Positions 18,398 through 27,581 of a stretch of 64,000 nucleotides of DNA are shown piece by piece. A program made the translations under genes and the position numbers. Position 1 is the first letter of the stretch. Each line of letters starts with the position of its first letter. Where the stretch lies: assembly GCA_947259195.1 (NCBI GenBank), contig CAMYLC010000183.1:7807-71806 (forward strand), read 5' to 3'. The notes under the pieces are model-generated. The model was given only the letters and a program-made list of their open reading frames with translations, had not been told where the DNA came from and searched no databases. Source of the stretch: Thermoanaerobaculia bacterium. Its GTDB lineage: Bacteria; Acidobacteriota; Thermoanaerobaculia; Multivoradales; JAHEKO01.

Positions 18398-20383
18398 ATG
18401 GATATGCCTGAAGAACGGTCTGCATCAGGGCGACTCGACGTCGGAACAGCCTCTTTGCAGGCCGTCATGGCTGTTCAGCTTCTCATTTCCGCCTTCTACC
18501 TGGGGCTGGAGTGGCTGTTCTTTGCCACAAAGGCCTCCTTCATGGACTCTTTTTCCGCGGTCGAAATGGTGGGTAGTCTCGCGATTCCACCTGTCGCCCT
18601 CAGCTTGGCAGTAGCACCTCTGATCCTGTTGCTTGGAGTGGTCGACGATCACGTTCCCGCTCTCCATGTGCGCTGCGTTGTGCCAGCCTTCATTCTCGCT
18701 TCGAGCCTGTTCCTGCTAGCCGACAACTTTCTGTACACGGTTCTGGGTGTGGGGGTGATCACCTCGGGCAAGATCGTCAGATTCTTGTATCTGGCGCTGT
18801 TTGTCTTTCTCTTTGTCCGATGCCTGAGGTGGGTCAGGTCTGCCTTATTGCGTTGGGACGGTCTGAGAAAGGGCAATCCGTTGCGGTTCCTACCAGCATT
18901 GGTGTTGACCGGCGCGCTGCTCGCTCTGGGTGCCGAGGTGGTCACGACCGACTTTTCCCGGGCCGAGCCAGAAGTGAAGGCTCTTGGAGAGGGTATCCGG
19001 CGTCCCAACATCATTTTGCTGTCCACAGACGGAGTCGAAGCACGGCTCATGTCGGTGTACGGGTTTCCCCTACCGACAACTCCATTCCTGGAGAGATTCG
19101 CTGGTCGGTCCGTGGTATTCGACAACGCGTTCCCCACTTCAGGAAAGACCACCGGCACTCTGTCATCCATGTTGAGCGGCTCCCTGCCAGCAGAGCTGCA
19201 CGTGGGCTTTCCGCCCCAGATCTTTCCCAAGAAGCATGCGGCACTGCACTTGCCCTCGATTCTTCAAAAACTGGGATATCGAGGTTTTCAGAGCTCCATT
19301 CGCTACTATGCGGACGCCGGCGATCTGAACATGATCAGCTCGTTCGATATCGCGAATGAGCGGCGGTTGTTCGCTCCCACTCCTGGCTCTCTTGCGAGTC
19401 GGTTGGCTTACCTCTTCAGTGCCGAGATCCAATTCTCGACCCGTATGGTCAATCGGCTGCTGGAGCGGCTGCTGCATATCTGCGGCATCAGACCCATTGT
19501 CAACCACTATCTGCTGGTCAAAGAGAGTGTGGGTCTGAGCCGGGTCGTCGATATTCAGAGGCTGGAAGACGCGCTGGACTTCGCCCGTGCACAAGAAGGT
19601 CCCTACTTCATGCAGGTCCATCTCATGGGCACTCACTGCTGCACCTGGGCGGGAGCGCGCAGTTGGTTCGATCCGAATGCGATGCCTGAGCCCGACCCGG
19701 AGTCTCGAGAGGGCCTCGCCCGCTATTTGGATTCGATTCGCGATGCAGATGAACAGATTCAGACATTCGTCGAGCAACTCGAGGCGTTGGGCGAGCTAAG
19801 AGACTCGATTCTGATTATTGCCTCGGATCATTCCCGGGCGTGGGACAGTGTCTACCGGGTTCCTCTGATCGTCTACCTGCCCGAGGAGCGTCCCTGGAAG
19901 AGGATCGAACGCAATGTGTCCTTGGCCCAGGTGCCGGCTACGATACTGGAATACATGAGAGTTGAGCGACCGAGCTGGATGACGCAGCAGTCACTCTTCT
20001 CGCCGAGGTCCTCCAGAGACTCACTGGAAGAAGCCCTGACCGTTGGGGGAGACCTCCCTATCCTCAGCCTTGCGTCCTTTTCCTACACGGGGATCAGCAT
20101 CTCAGGAGGGGGGTTGTCCAGGATCGACGACCCCGGACCACCGATCTTCGGTGTGCGGGAGGTGGGACTCGTCGTTGGGCCGTTCTGGAGGAAACTCGAT
20201 TTGGTCACGGGGGTCATCCAATCGGGCACTGTGAGCCGGCACTCAGCGATCGGGGACAAGACCCTGGTTCCCCCACCGGACTTTGCAGCTCGGCAATACA
20301 TCGTCCGTCAACTCGAGGGATCCGGATTTACGATTCCTCCCTTCGTTGCGAAGGGCTCATTGTCAGACGCCGGGATCCCTTGA
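18398..20383 (+). CDS. Alkaline-phosphatase-superfamily sulfatase-like membrane protein (LtaS/EptA-like).
   Basis: Five N-terminal TM helices plus a C-terminal sulfatase-like domain (...ILLSTDG...IIASDHS). Start ambiguous: TTG 18341, ATG 18398 or 18467. Confidence 0.7.
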   Translation: MDMPEERSASGRLDVGTASLQAVMAVQLLISAFYLGLEWLFFATKASFMDSFSAVEMVGSLAIPPVALSLAVAPLILLLGVVDDHVPALHVRCVVPAFILASSLFLLADNFLYTVLGVGVITSGKIVRFLYLALFVFLFVRCLRWVRSALLRWDGLRKGNPLRFLPALVLTGALLALGAEVVTTDFSRAEPEVKALGEGIRRPNIILLSTDGVEARLMSVYGFPLPTTPFLERFAGRSVVFDNAFPTSGKTTGTLSSMLSGSLPAELHVGFPPQIFPKKHAALHLPSILQKLGYRGFQSSIRYYADAGDLNMISSFDIANERRLFAPTPGSLASRLAYLFSAEIQFSTRMVNRLLERLLHICGIRPIVNHYLLVKESVGLSRVVDIQRLEDALDFARAQEGPYFMQVHLMGTHCCTWAGARSWFDPNAMPEPDPESREGLARYLDSIRDADEQIQTFVEQLEALGELRDSILIIASDHSRAWDSVYRVPLIVYLPEERPWKRIERNVSLAQVPATILEYMRVERPSWMTQQSLFSPRSSRDSLEEALTVGGDLPILSLASFSYTGISISGGGLSRIDDPGPPIFGVREVGLVVGPFWRKLDLVTGVIQSGTVSRHSAIGDKTLVPPPDFAARQYIVRQLEGSGFTIPPFVAKGSLSDAGIP

Positions 20384-20408
20384 GAGCCCCTCACCGACAA
20401 GGATCGCG

Positions 20409-21176
20409 ATGGCTTCCATTTCCGCAGCGGCCGACAGAGCCCCGTTCTTCTCGGTGGTCATACCTTTCTACAATGAAGAGGCGGCCATTTCCGACCTGTT
20501 GACGGAGGTGCTCGATGCCATGGAAGCGATCGGACGCCCGTATGAGTGTCTCTGCGTCGATGATGGGAGCAGCGATGGTACCCCTGAGACCCTCCGGTCC
20601 TTGGCAGAACGCCCTGGATCGCCAGTTCGGATGATTCAGTTCCCCGAGAATCGGGGACAAGGAGCAGCGCTCTACCGCGGGCTGCAGGAGGCGGCCGGCG
20701 AAGTCGTTGTTACCCTCGACGGCGACGGTCAGAACCACCCGGGTGATATCCCGAGGCTGTCGGAGCTTCTGGAGTCGAGCGATCTGGTATGCGGGATCCG
20801 GGCCGACCGCAAGGACTCCTGGTTGCGACGATCCATGTCACGGTTGGCCAACAACGTGCGCGGATGGTTGTTGCAGGACGGAGTGAGCGATGCGGGTTGT
20901 GCCTTGAAGGTGATGCGACGCGAGGTCGTCTATTCCCTGATTCCCTTGAAGACGCTCTACTCGTTCATTCCAGCGATGGCGGCAGCGGCAGGTTTCCGCG
21001 TCGTCGAGACGCCGGTCCGACACCGGGCTCGCCACGGCGGCAGGACTAGTTACGGCCTATTGGTGTTTCTCTGGCGGCCCTTCATAGACCTGATAGGCCT
21101 CGCCTGGTACCGGCGGCGCTGTACGTTGACGCCTGACGACTGCCGAAGCGCAGCCGCGAGGGATGCCACCGGGTGA
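20409..21176 (+). CDS. GT2 polyprenol-phosphate glycosyltransferase (ArnC/DPM1/GtrB-like).
   Basis: FFSVVIPFYNEE, CVDDGSSDGT and TLDGDGQ (DxD) motifs. Confidence 0.85.
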   Translation: MASISAAADRAPFFSVVIPFYNEEAAISDLLTEVLDAMEAIGRPYECLCVDDGSSDGTPETLRSLAERPGSPVRMIQFPENRGQGAALYRGLQEAAGEVVVTLDGDGQNHPGDIPRLSELLESSDLVCGIRADRKDSWLRRSMSRLANNVRGWLLQDGVSDAGCALKVMRREVVYSLIPLKTLYSFIPAMAAAAGFRVVETPVRHRARHGGRTSYGLLVFLWRPFIDLIGLAWYRRRCTLTPDDCRSAAARDATG

Positions 21177-22876
21177 GCCGCCGACTCCTCTTTCTGGCTC
21201 TGGCCGTTGCCGCCCTCTACCTCGTGTTCCTGGGGCGGCATGGCCTGCACGAGTCCGATGAGGGTCGCTACGCAGAGATAGCTCGAGAGATGAAAAACTC
21301 TGGGGATCTGCTGATCCCCACCCTCAACGGCATTCCCCATTTTCAGAAGCCGCCGGTGATCTACTGGAGCACCGCCACCAGCCTGTTGGTTCTGGGCGAA
21401 AACGAATTCGCGGCGCGCATGGTCTCGCTCCTGGCAGCCCTCGGGGTGCTGGTCTTGACCTTCTGGATCGGTCGGTGGTGGCTCGACGACACCACCGGAC
21501 TGGCGGCAGCCTGGCTCCTGGCGGGCTCCTGGCAGTTCTTCATGCTGGCACGGTCGCTGACCCCCGACATGATGATGACGTTCTGGTCGACGGCAGCCAT
21601 TGCTGGCTTCGCCTGGGCGAGTCGGTCGGGCCCGACAACCAGGGCGAGCTTCCTACCCTATTTCGTCTGCATGGGGATTGCGTTCGCCACCAAGGGGCCC
21701 ATGGGAATACTGGTGCCGTTGTTCACGGGAATCGGCTGGCAGTGGGGGAGCCGGAGGAGCAATCGACCGAGAGTCAGGGTGCCTTGGATCGCCGGTTCGA
21801 TATTGACCCTGGTTCTAGCTCTGGGTTGGTTCTTCGCCGCGAGCCTTCGACACCCGGAGCTGGGCCGCTATTTCCTCGAGTTCGAGCTCCTGGATCGATT
21901 CTTGTCGAAAGCCCATGGCCGCAGTCAGCCGATCTGGTATTTCATCCCTGTCCTGCTGGTGGGCTGGCTACCGTGGCCCCCTCTGATCCCCCTGGCTATT
22001 TCGGGTAGGCGGGAGAAGCGGCTCTCAGGTGATAGCGACCCAGCCACGAGCCAGGCTCTTGTTGGTTGGCTGGTGGTCCCTTTCATACTGCTTTCGCTCA
22101 GCGGCTCGAAGCTGATGACCTACGTCTTGCCTTTGTTTCCCGGCATCGCTCTCTGGCTGGCCAATGGTCTGCTGCTTCAGGGCAAGCGACGACCCCTATC
22201 GATCTACGTCGGCATTCAGGCGCTCGTGATGGTCGTTCTCGCCCTGACTGTCGTGGTGCTGGTTGCCCGGGGCACCTTTCTCCCAGCCACGGTCGAGCTC
22301 GATGAGTGGTTCTTGCCCCTGCTATGCCTGGCCGCTGCTTGCATTGTCGGTGCCGGTTGGTCCTTGAGCCGGGGGATCACCGAGTCCCGACTCGCTACCG
22401 TAGCGCTGTCTGCTCTCTTGGTCTGGATGACTCTGGCCTCACAGCTCGTGCATCTGGGGCCCATCATGCGGATGCAGGCTTCGATGCGCCCGGTTGCGGA
22501 GCGCCTGCGCGAGGAGCCTAATTGGGAGACCGCACAGATCATCATTGCCCACACTCGCGCCCATGGTTTGAAGTTCTATCTGGGTCGATTGACGGACGCC
22601 ACATTGGACAAGTCGGACGTGGTCCTGGAGCCTACATCTGAGATTGCGGAACGTATCCACCCATCGATCGAAGAGCTTCACCTTCGGGGTGGCAGTGGCA
22701 GCACTGCATACCTGTTGACTCGGGATCGGGAGTTGAAGCGTCTGAATCTGGATGGGTGGACGCCTCTTCTCCGAGAAGGGTCCTTCGTCCTGCTGAAACG
22801 GCCGGCCGAGAGCCTGCGTCAGGATCCTGGCCGGGATTCGAAGCAAACCCGATCGACTCTCGAAAGGGGCGGTTGA
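21173..22876 (+). CDS. ArnT-like GT-C (family 83/39) polyprenyl-phosphate-sugar-dependent glycosyltransferase.
   Basis: GTG start 21173 overlaps the upstream stop (GTGA). ArnT-like N-terminus with many TM helices. Confidence 0.8.
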   Translation: MSRRLLFLALAVAALYLVFLGRHGLHESDEGRYAEIAREMKNSGDLLIPTLNGIPHFQKPPVIYWSTATSLLVLGENEFAARMVSLLAALGVLVLTFWIGRWWLDDTTGLAAAWLLAGSWQFFMLARSLTPDMMMTFWSTAAIAGFAWASRSGPTTRASFLPYFVCMGIAFATKGPMGILVPLFTGIGWQWGSRRSNRPRVRVPWIAGSILTLVLALGWFFAASLRHPELGRYFLEFELLDRFLSKAHGRSQPIWYFIPVLLVGWLPWPPLIPLAISGRREKRLSGDSDPATSQALVGWLVVPFILLSLSGSKLMTYVLPLFPGIALWLANGLLLQGKRRPLSIYVGIQALVMVVLALTVVVLVARGTFLPATVELDEWFLPLLCLAAACIVGAGWSLSRGITESRLATVALSALLVWMTLASQLVHLGPIMRMQASMRPVAERLREEPNWETAQIIIAHTRAHGLKFYLGRLTDATLDKSDVVLEPTSEIAERIHPSIEELHLRGGSGSTAYLLTRDRELKRLNLDGWTPLLREGSFVLLKRPAESLRQDPGRDSKQTRSTLERGG

Positions 22877-22951
22877 AGTTGGTCCAGGGCGGAGCTTTGT
22901 AGCTGCCGATCGTGTTGTCTCGGGTGGCTCTGGCCCTGGAAGCGAGCGGGC

Positions 22952-23290
22952 CTAACAGACGCCGCGCTCGGTCAGCGTACCGAGAGCCAGCTCGCGGTTG
23001 TCCGAGTCGGTCTCGACCAGGGTCCAGAGCTGAGGCTCCAGTCGTTTGAAGCGCAGGACGCCGCGGGCCTTGAGGAGGGTGATACCGCCCTGATCGCAGG
23101 CAGCGACGAAGTAGATACCCGTCGTGCGGGGCGTGTCCCTTACTGGAAAGGCATCCACACCGAGTCGGTGAGTCGCGCTACAGGCGCACTTGAAGGGTGC
23201 ATTGGCGTAATCGTCGTACTCGTAGGCCGTTCCCGGCTCGTATCCTCTAGCGGTCTGGCTGCCGAACTCTCTCGGTGGAACCGATCTCAT
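22952..23290 (-). CDS. Hypothetical small protein (weak call).
   Basis: 112-aa ORF downstream of the patatin gene. No recognisable family. Confidence 0.3.
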   Translation of the reverse strand: MRSVPPREFGSQTARGYEPGTAYEYDDYANAPFKCACSATHRLGVDAFPVRDTPRTTGIYFVAACDQGGITLLKARGVLRFKRLEPQLWTLVETDSDNRELALGTLTERGVC

Positions 23291-23482
23291 CTCGTGCCTC
23301 CCCTGCCGCGTGGTGGATATCCCATGAATTTCACACGAAACTACAGGGAAAGGCTGACATGCGCAGTGGTCCCGCGCGCCAACATGTTTGCAAGGGGTGC
23401 CAGCAACGATTGTGCTGGAAGATACCTGGGATCCAGAGGCAGAGGTCCTGCAAGCCGCTCGAGATGAAGCTGCGATCCGGAC

Positions 23483-24742
23483 TCAATCCGAATCGAAACC
23501 GGGCGGCGCCGTGCTCCACTTGTAGCCAGATTTGCCCAGTTCGAAAGCCAAATCGTAGAGCTTCTGCATATATACCGTGTCGAACATCTCGGTAGGGATC
23601 GCGTCGAATTCTCTTGGGATGTAGGCGAGGTTAAACTCCAAGCCGTCCCGCTGGGCCAGGGCGAAGATCCGGTACAGATCACCGATCCCCTGCGTCCGGA
23701 TCAAAGACGAGATCGTTCGCTGGGCGATCGGCAGAAGCTTCCGGTTGACAAATGCGGCTTCTGGGTCGAGCCGCGAGTTTCGGATGACGTAGGCGCGAGG
23801 GGCTCTAGGCACCTCGAGCTTCTCGACCATCTCATCCCAGGGGATTCCGGCTGGATATAGGAACACCTGCGAAGAGGTGCCTCCGTCGACATGGAGCTCC
23901 TGGTAGCGCCGACCCTGTGCCTCGACGTCGATCGCCACGGGCGGAAAGGCTGCAGGAATCGAGGCGGATGCCAGCATGATCTGGCGGATGAGATTCAGGG
24001 CGCCAGGCTCGCCGCTCGCCGCGATCCGGGTGATATTCCAGATCACCGGCCGCCCGGCGTCGATATCCGTGGTTCCGATGAATACCTGCCGGCCCTGGCG
24101 ATTCTTTTCAGCCAGCTGCTGCATGACTTTTTCGGTCACGAATTCCGCAATCTTGGTCTCCAGCCCCTTCGTGCTGTACATCGCGTCGCTGGTCAGGGAA
24201 TTGACGATGCTGCGCTTGTGCATCAAGTCCTTGGTGTCGTAAGTGGTATAGAACTCTTTGAGAAGAGAGTCATACTCCGGACCGAGCATGGCGAACGGCG
24301 CGATCAGGGCGCCGGTACTGACCCCCGTGACAATGCTGAACTCGGGCCGTCTACCCGCCGCCGTCGAGCCAGCGAGAAGTCCGGCTGCAAAGGCACCATT
24401 GGCACCTCCGCCGGAGATGGCCAGATAGATGTGCTCTTTGCCGAAGAGTTCGGGATACTCGGCCTTCAGCTCCTCTTTGCTCTTTGCCAGCCAGGCATCG
24501 GTGTAGGGAGGCGTGGCATCACCCCAGAATCGAGCTCTGGGGATACCAGGAATGACGGCGTCTTTGGAGAGGCTGTCCGGGACGGGTGTGCGTTTGGGTA
24601 CCGAGACGCAACCTTGGGTAAGGGCGGCCAGTAGGACTGCGACCACTAGAGTCGTCCATGACCGGCGGCTTGTGATGAGGCTGTGGTTTACGCGGCGGCG
24701 GGGAGAAAGCGAATTCACGACGACCCTCCTTGAGCTGACCAT
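23483..24742 (-). CDS. Patatin-like phospholipase, probable lipoprotein with a long (Tat-like?) signal peptide.
   Basis: GGGxxG (AISGGGANGAF), GxSxG (GVSTG) and DGG motifs. Lipobox LTQGC. ATG 24742. The ORF-track start 24916 is an extension. Confidence 0.8.
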   Translation of the reverse strand: MVSSRRVVVNSLSPRRRVNHSLITSRRSWTTLVVAVLLAALTQGCVSVPKRTPVPDSLSKDAVIPGIPRARFWGDATPPYTDAWLAKSKEELKAEYPELFGKEHIYLAISGGGANGAFAAGLLAGSTAAGRRPEFSIVTGVSTGALIAPFAMLGPEYDSLLKEFYTTYDTKDLMHKRSIVNSLTSDAMYSTKGLETKIAEFVTEKVMQQLAEKNRQGRQVFIGTTDIDAGRPVIWNITRIAASGEPGALNLIRQIMLASASIPAAFPPVAIDVEAQGRRYQELHVDGGTSSQVFLYPAGIPWDEMVEKLEVPRAPRAYVIRNSRLDPEAAFVNRKLLPIAQRTISSLIRTQGIGDLYRIFALAQRDGLEFNLAYIPREFDAIPTEMFDTVYMQKLYDLAFELGKSGYKWSTAPPGFDSD

Positions 24743-24806
24743 AGTATGGGCTGGTATTCTATATCGTCGTCTCCTCCGGGACTCTCCGTCGAGAAGGCGC
24801 AACGGG

Positions 24807-25049
24807 CTAGGAGTCGAGAGAGAGAATCCGCTGTTCGAATTCGTCGGCGACGAACTTCGCGAAGCGATCCTCGAGGTCCCGACGTCGCCTGCCGCCAGGA
24901 AGGACTCGTAGGCCATAGCCGATCTCTGCGAGGTTGATTGCCGACAGGTACAGCCTCACAGAATCTCGATGATTGAGCCATTCAAGAACCGGTCTCGGCG
25001 GTGCCGGCGCCATGACGGCGGAGATGACGCTGGTGTCGAGGAGAATCAT
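24807..25049 (-). pseudogene. vapC: vapC (PIN-domain toxin, FitB-like), truncated after about 80 codons by an in-frame TAG. Distal half lost.
   Basis: MILLDTSVIS...RPVLEWLN...LYLSAINLAEI matches the N-terminal half of a VapC. TAG at 24809..24807, then an in-frame PVAPSRRRV... remnant before a second stop. Full VapC is about 130 aa. Confidence 0.6.
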
Positions 25050-25279
25050 GGCGTCAGATCGAGCGGGTCATGCGGGGGCCGAGACGGAATCTCCAGATCG
25101 ACGCCGTGATCGGGTCCAAAGACGTTCAGGGCCAGATCCCCCAGCCTTTCGGAGGGCGAGACTGCTCGTTTGAGGATCTGGCGCACCTCTTCCTCCATCG
25201 AAACCCCATGTTTTGCCGCGCGAACGCGCAACTGCTCACAGATACTTTCGTCGATCTTCCGCACGCTCAAGTTGGCCAT
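25046..25279 (-). CDS. vapB: Ribbon-helix-helix antitoxin (FitA/VapB-like).
   Basis: MANLSVRKIDESICEQLRVRAAKHGVSMEEEVRQIL (Arc/MetJ-like). ATGA overlap with vapC. Confidence 0.75.
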   Translation of the reverse strand: MANLSVRKIDESICEQLRVRAAKHGVSMEEEVRQILKRAVSPSERLGDLALNVFGPDHGVDLEIPSRPPHDPLDLTP

Positions 25280-25416
25280 GAGGAAATGCTAGCGTCTGCC
25301 AACAATGCTTTTGATTGATAGCGCTCCGTCGGCGATCTCGGTCCATGCAGCAAGAGACGGACGCCGGCAGGTGAATCTGGCAGATTCTCTGCAAACTCTT
25401 GCCGACCGGTCGTAGA

Positions 25417-26946
25417 ATGAGCGAACAAGTCTGGAGGACTACCGTGAGTACCCTTAAGTCGAGTCTGCGAATTCCCGGACAGTCGGTCGGTCTCCTCACC
25501 GACCTCTACCAGCTCACCATGGCCTACGGTTACTGGAAGACGGGGGAGCTCGATACGGAGTCGGCTTTCAACCTCTACTTCCGCTCCAGCCCGTTCGAGG
25601 GCGGTTACACCATAGCCTGTGGCCTCGGCTATCTCGTCGATTTCGTGCAGTCTTACGCCTTCTCCAACGAAGACCTCACCTATCTTTCGAGCCTGACGGG
25701 AAACGATGGCAAGCCTCTGTTCGAAGCGGCTTTTCTGAGCTATCTGCAACAAGTGGAGCTGACCTGCGATATCGACGCTGTTCCCGAAGGTACGGTGGTC
25801 TTCCCGAACGAGCCGTTGGTGCGCATCCGAGGCCCGCTGATCCAGTGCCAGCTGCTGGAGACCCCGTTGGTCAACATCCTCAATTTTCAGAGTCTGATTG
25901 CCACCAAGGCTTCACGGGTTTGCGAAGCGGCCCAGGGCGATCGGGTCATCGAGTTCGGGCTGCGACGCGCACAAGGCTTCGACGGCGCCCTGGCAGCCAG
26001 CCGCGCTGCCTACATCGGTGGTTGCGAGTCGACTTCCAACGTCCTGGCCGGGAAGCTCTTCGGAATACCGCCACGCGGAACCCACGCTCATAGCTGGGTG
26101 ATGATCTTCGACTCCGAGATCGAAGCTTTTCAGGCCTATGCCGAAGCCATGCCCAACAACTGCATCCTGCTCGTCGACACCTATGACACGTTGCAGGGGG
26201 TAAGGAACGCGGTCGAGATCGGCCAGTGGCTGCGCGAGCGGGGTAGTGAGCTGGCCGGCATCCGCCTCGACTCGGGAGATCTGGCCTACCTGAGTATCGA
26301 GGCCCGTAAAATCCTGGACGAAGCCGGTTTTCCAGATGCGGCGATCGTCGCCAGCAACGAACTCGACGAGCACGTCATCACGAGTCTCAAGGACCAGGGA
26401 GCCCGAATCAATGTCTGGGGCGTCGGCACCAAGCTGATCACCGCCTGGGACCAGCCAGCTCTCGGTGCCGTCTACAAGCTGGCGGCGGTTCGACGCCCTG
26501 GTGGGGAATGGGAGCCGCGGGTCAAGCTTTCGGAGCATGCGGCCAAGGTCAATATCCCCGGCTTCAGCCAGGTGCGCCGCTTCCAGAGAGACGGGGAGTT
26601 CATCGCCGACATGATCTACGACGAGCTGGACCCGCCGGCTGGCATCGCCGAGATCGTCGATCCCATGGACAGCACACGCTGGAAGAAGTTGCCCCTCGGG
26701 GCTGCACATGAGGACTTACTGCTGCCTGTCTATCGAGCTGGCCGGCTCGAAGCGTCGGTGCCGACTCCGCAAGATGCTCGGTCGCGAACGCTGGAACAGT
26801 TGTCGTCGTTTCACCCCGGAATTCGGCGTTTCTTGAACCCACACCAGTACCCCGTAGGTCTCGATCGTGGACTCCACGATACCCGCATGCGGCTGATTCT
26901 CGAGGCCCGGACAGAGGTGGCCGCGAGCGATCAGTGGGGGTCATGA
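25417..26946 (+). CDS. pncB: Nicotinate phosphoribosyltransferase.
   Basis: Long NAPRTase-family match (LTDLYQLTMAYGYW...GTHAHSWVM...). ATG 25417. Confidence 0.9.
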   Translation: MSEQVWRTTVSTLKSSLRIPGQSVGLLTDLYQLTMAYGYWKTGELDTESAFNLYFRSSPFEGGYTIACGLGYLVDFVQSYAFSNEDLTYLSSLTGNDGKPLFEAAFLSYLQQVELTCDIDAVPEGTVVFPNEPLVRIRGPLIQCQLLETPLVNILNFQSLIATKASRVCEAAQGDRVIEFGLRRAQGFDGALAASRAAYIGGCESTSNVLAGKLFGIPPRGTHAHSWVMIFDSEIEAFQAYAEAMPNNCILLVDTYDTLQGVRNAVEIGQWLRERGSELAGIRLDSGDLAYLSIEARKILDEAGFPDAAIVASNELDEHVITSLKDQGARINVWGVGTKLITAWDQPALGAVYKLAAVRRPGGEWEPRVKLSEHAAKVNIPGFSQVRRFQRDGEFIADMIYDELDPPAGIAEIVDPMDSTRWKKLPLGAAHEDLLLPVYRAGRLEASVPTPQDARSRTLEQLSSFHPGIRRFLNPHQYPVGLDRGLHDTRMRLILEARTEVAASDQWGS

Positions 26947-27581
26947 ACGGAGCGCTGATTCTCGTCGACTTGCAGAACGATTTCCTGCCAGGAGGGGCTC
27001 TCGAGGTTCCCGATGGTGATCAGGTGATCCCTGTCGCGAATCGAGTGCAGCCTCTCTTCGAAGTCGTGGTGGCCTCCCAGGACTGGCACCCAGCCGATCA
27101 CGGCAGCTTTGCGGCGTCGCACCCCGGAAAGCAACCTGGGGAGCAGATCGAGATTGCAGGGTTGACCCAGATCCTGTGGGCAACGCACTGCGTTCAGGAC
27201 TCGGAAGGAGCGCGACTCGCGTCAGGCCTCGAAACCTCTCGGATCGATCGCATCTTCTACAAAGGAAGCGATCCCCAGATCGACAGCTACAGCTGTTTCT
27301 ACGACAACGGTCACCGCCGCGCGACAGGGCTGGGCGATTACCTTCGAGAGCAGCGTGCTACGGAGGTCTACTTGCTTGGCCTGGCCACCGACTATTGCGT
27401 CAAGTTCTCGGCTCTGGATGCCGTGGCCGAAGGATTTGCGGTCCATCTAATCCTCGACGGTTGCCGCGGTATCGACCTTGAAACGGGCGACGTCGATCGA
27501 GCTCTCGACGAGATGCGAGAGGCCGGTGTCACCCTCAAGTCGAGCAGCGACCTCCTGGCCGAGAGGGCCGACACAGACTAG
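26943..27581 (+). CDS. pncA: Nicotinamidase/pyrazinamidase (isochorismatase family).
   Basis: ALILVDLQNDF...LATDYCV. ATGA overlap with pncB. Confidence 0.85.
   Translation: MNGALILVDLQNDFLPGGALEVPDGDQVIPVANRVQPLFEVVVASQDWHPADHGSFAASHPGKQPGEQIEIAGLTQILWATHCVQDSEGARLASGLETSRIDRIFYKGSDPQIDSYSCFYDNGHRRATGLGDYLREQRATEVYLLGLATDYCVKFSALDAVAEGFAVHLILDGCRGIDLETGDVDRALDEMREAGVTLKSSSDLLAERADTD

Noticed and set aside
23891-24634. 247-aa + strand ORF.
   Set aside because: Antisense to the patatin-like phospholipase.
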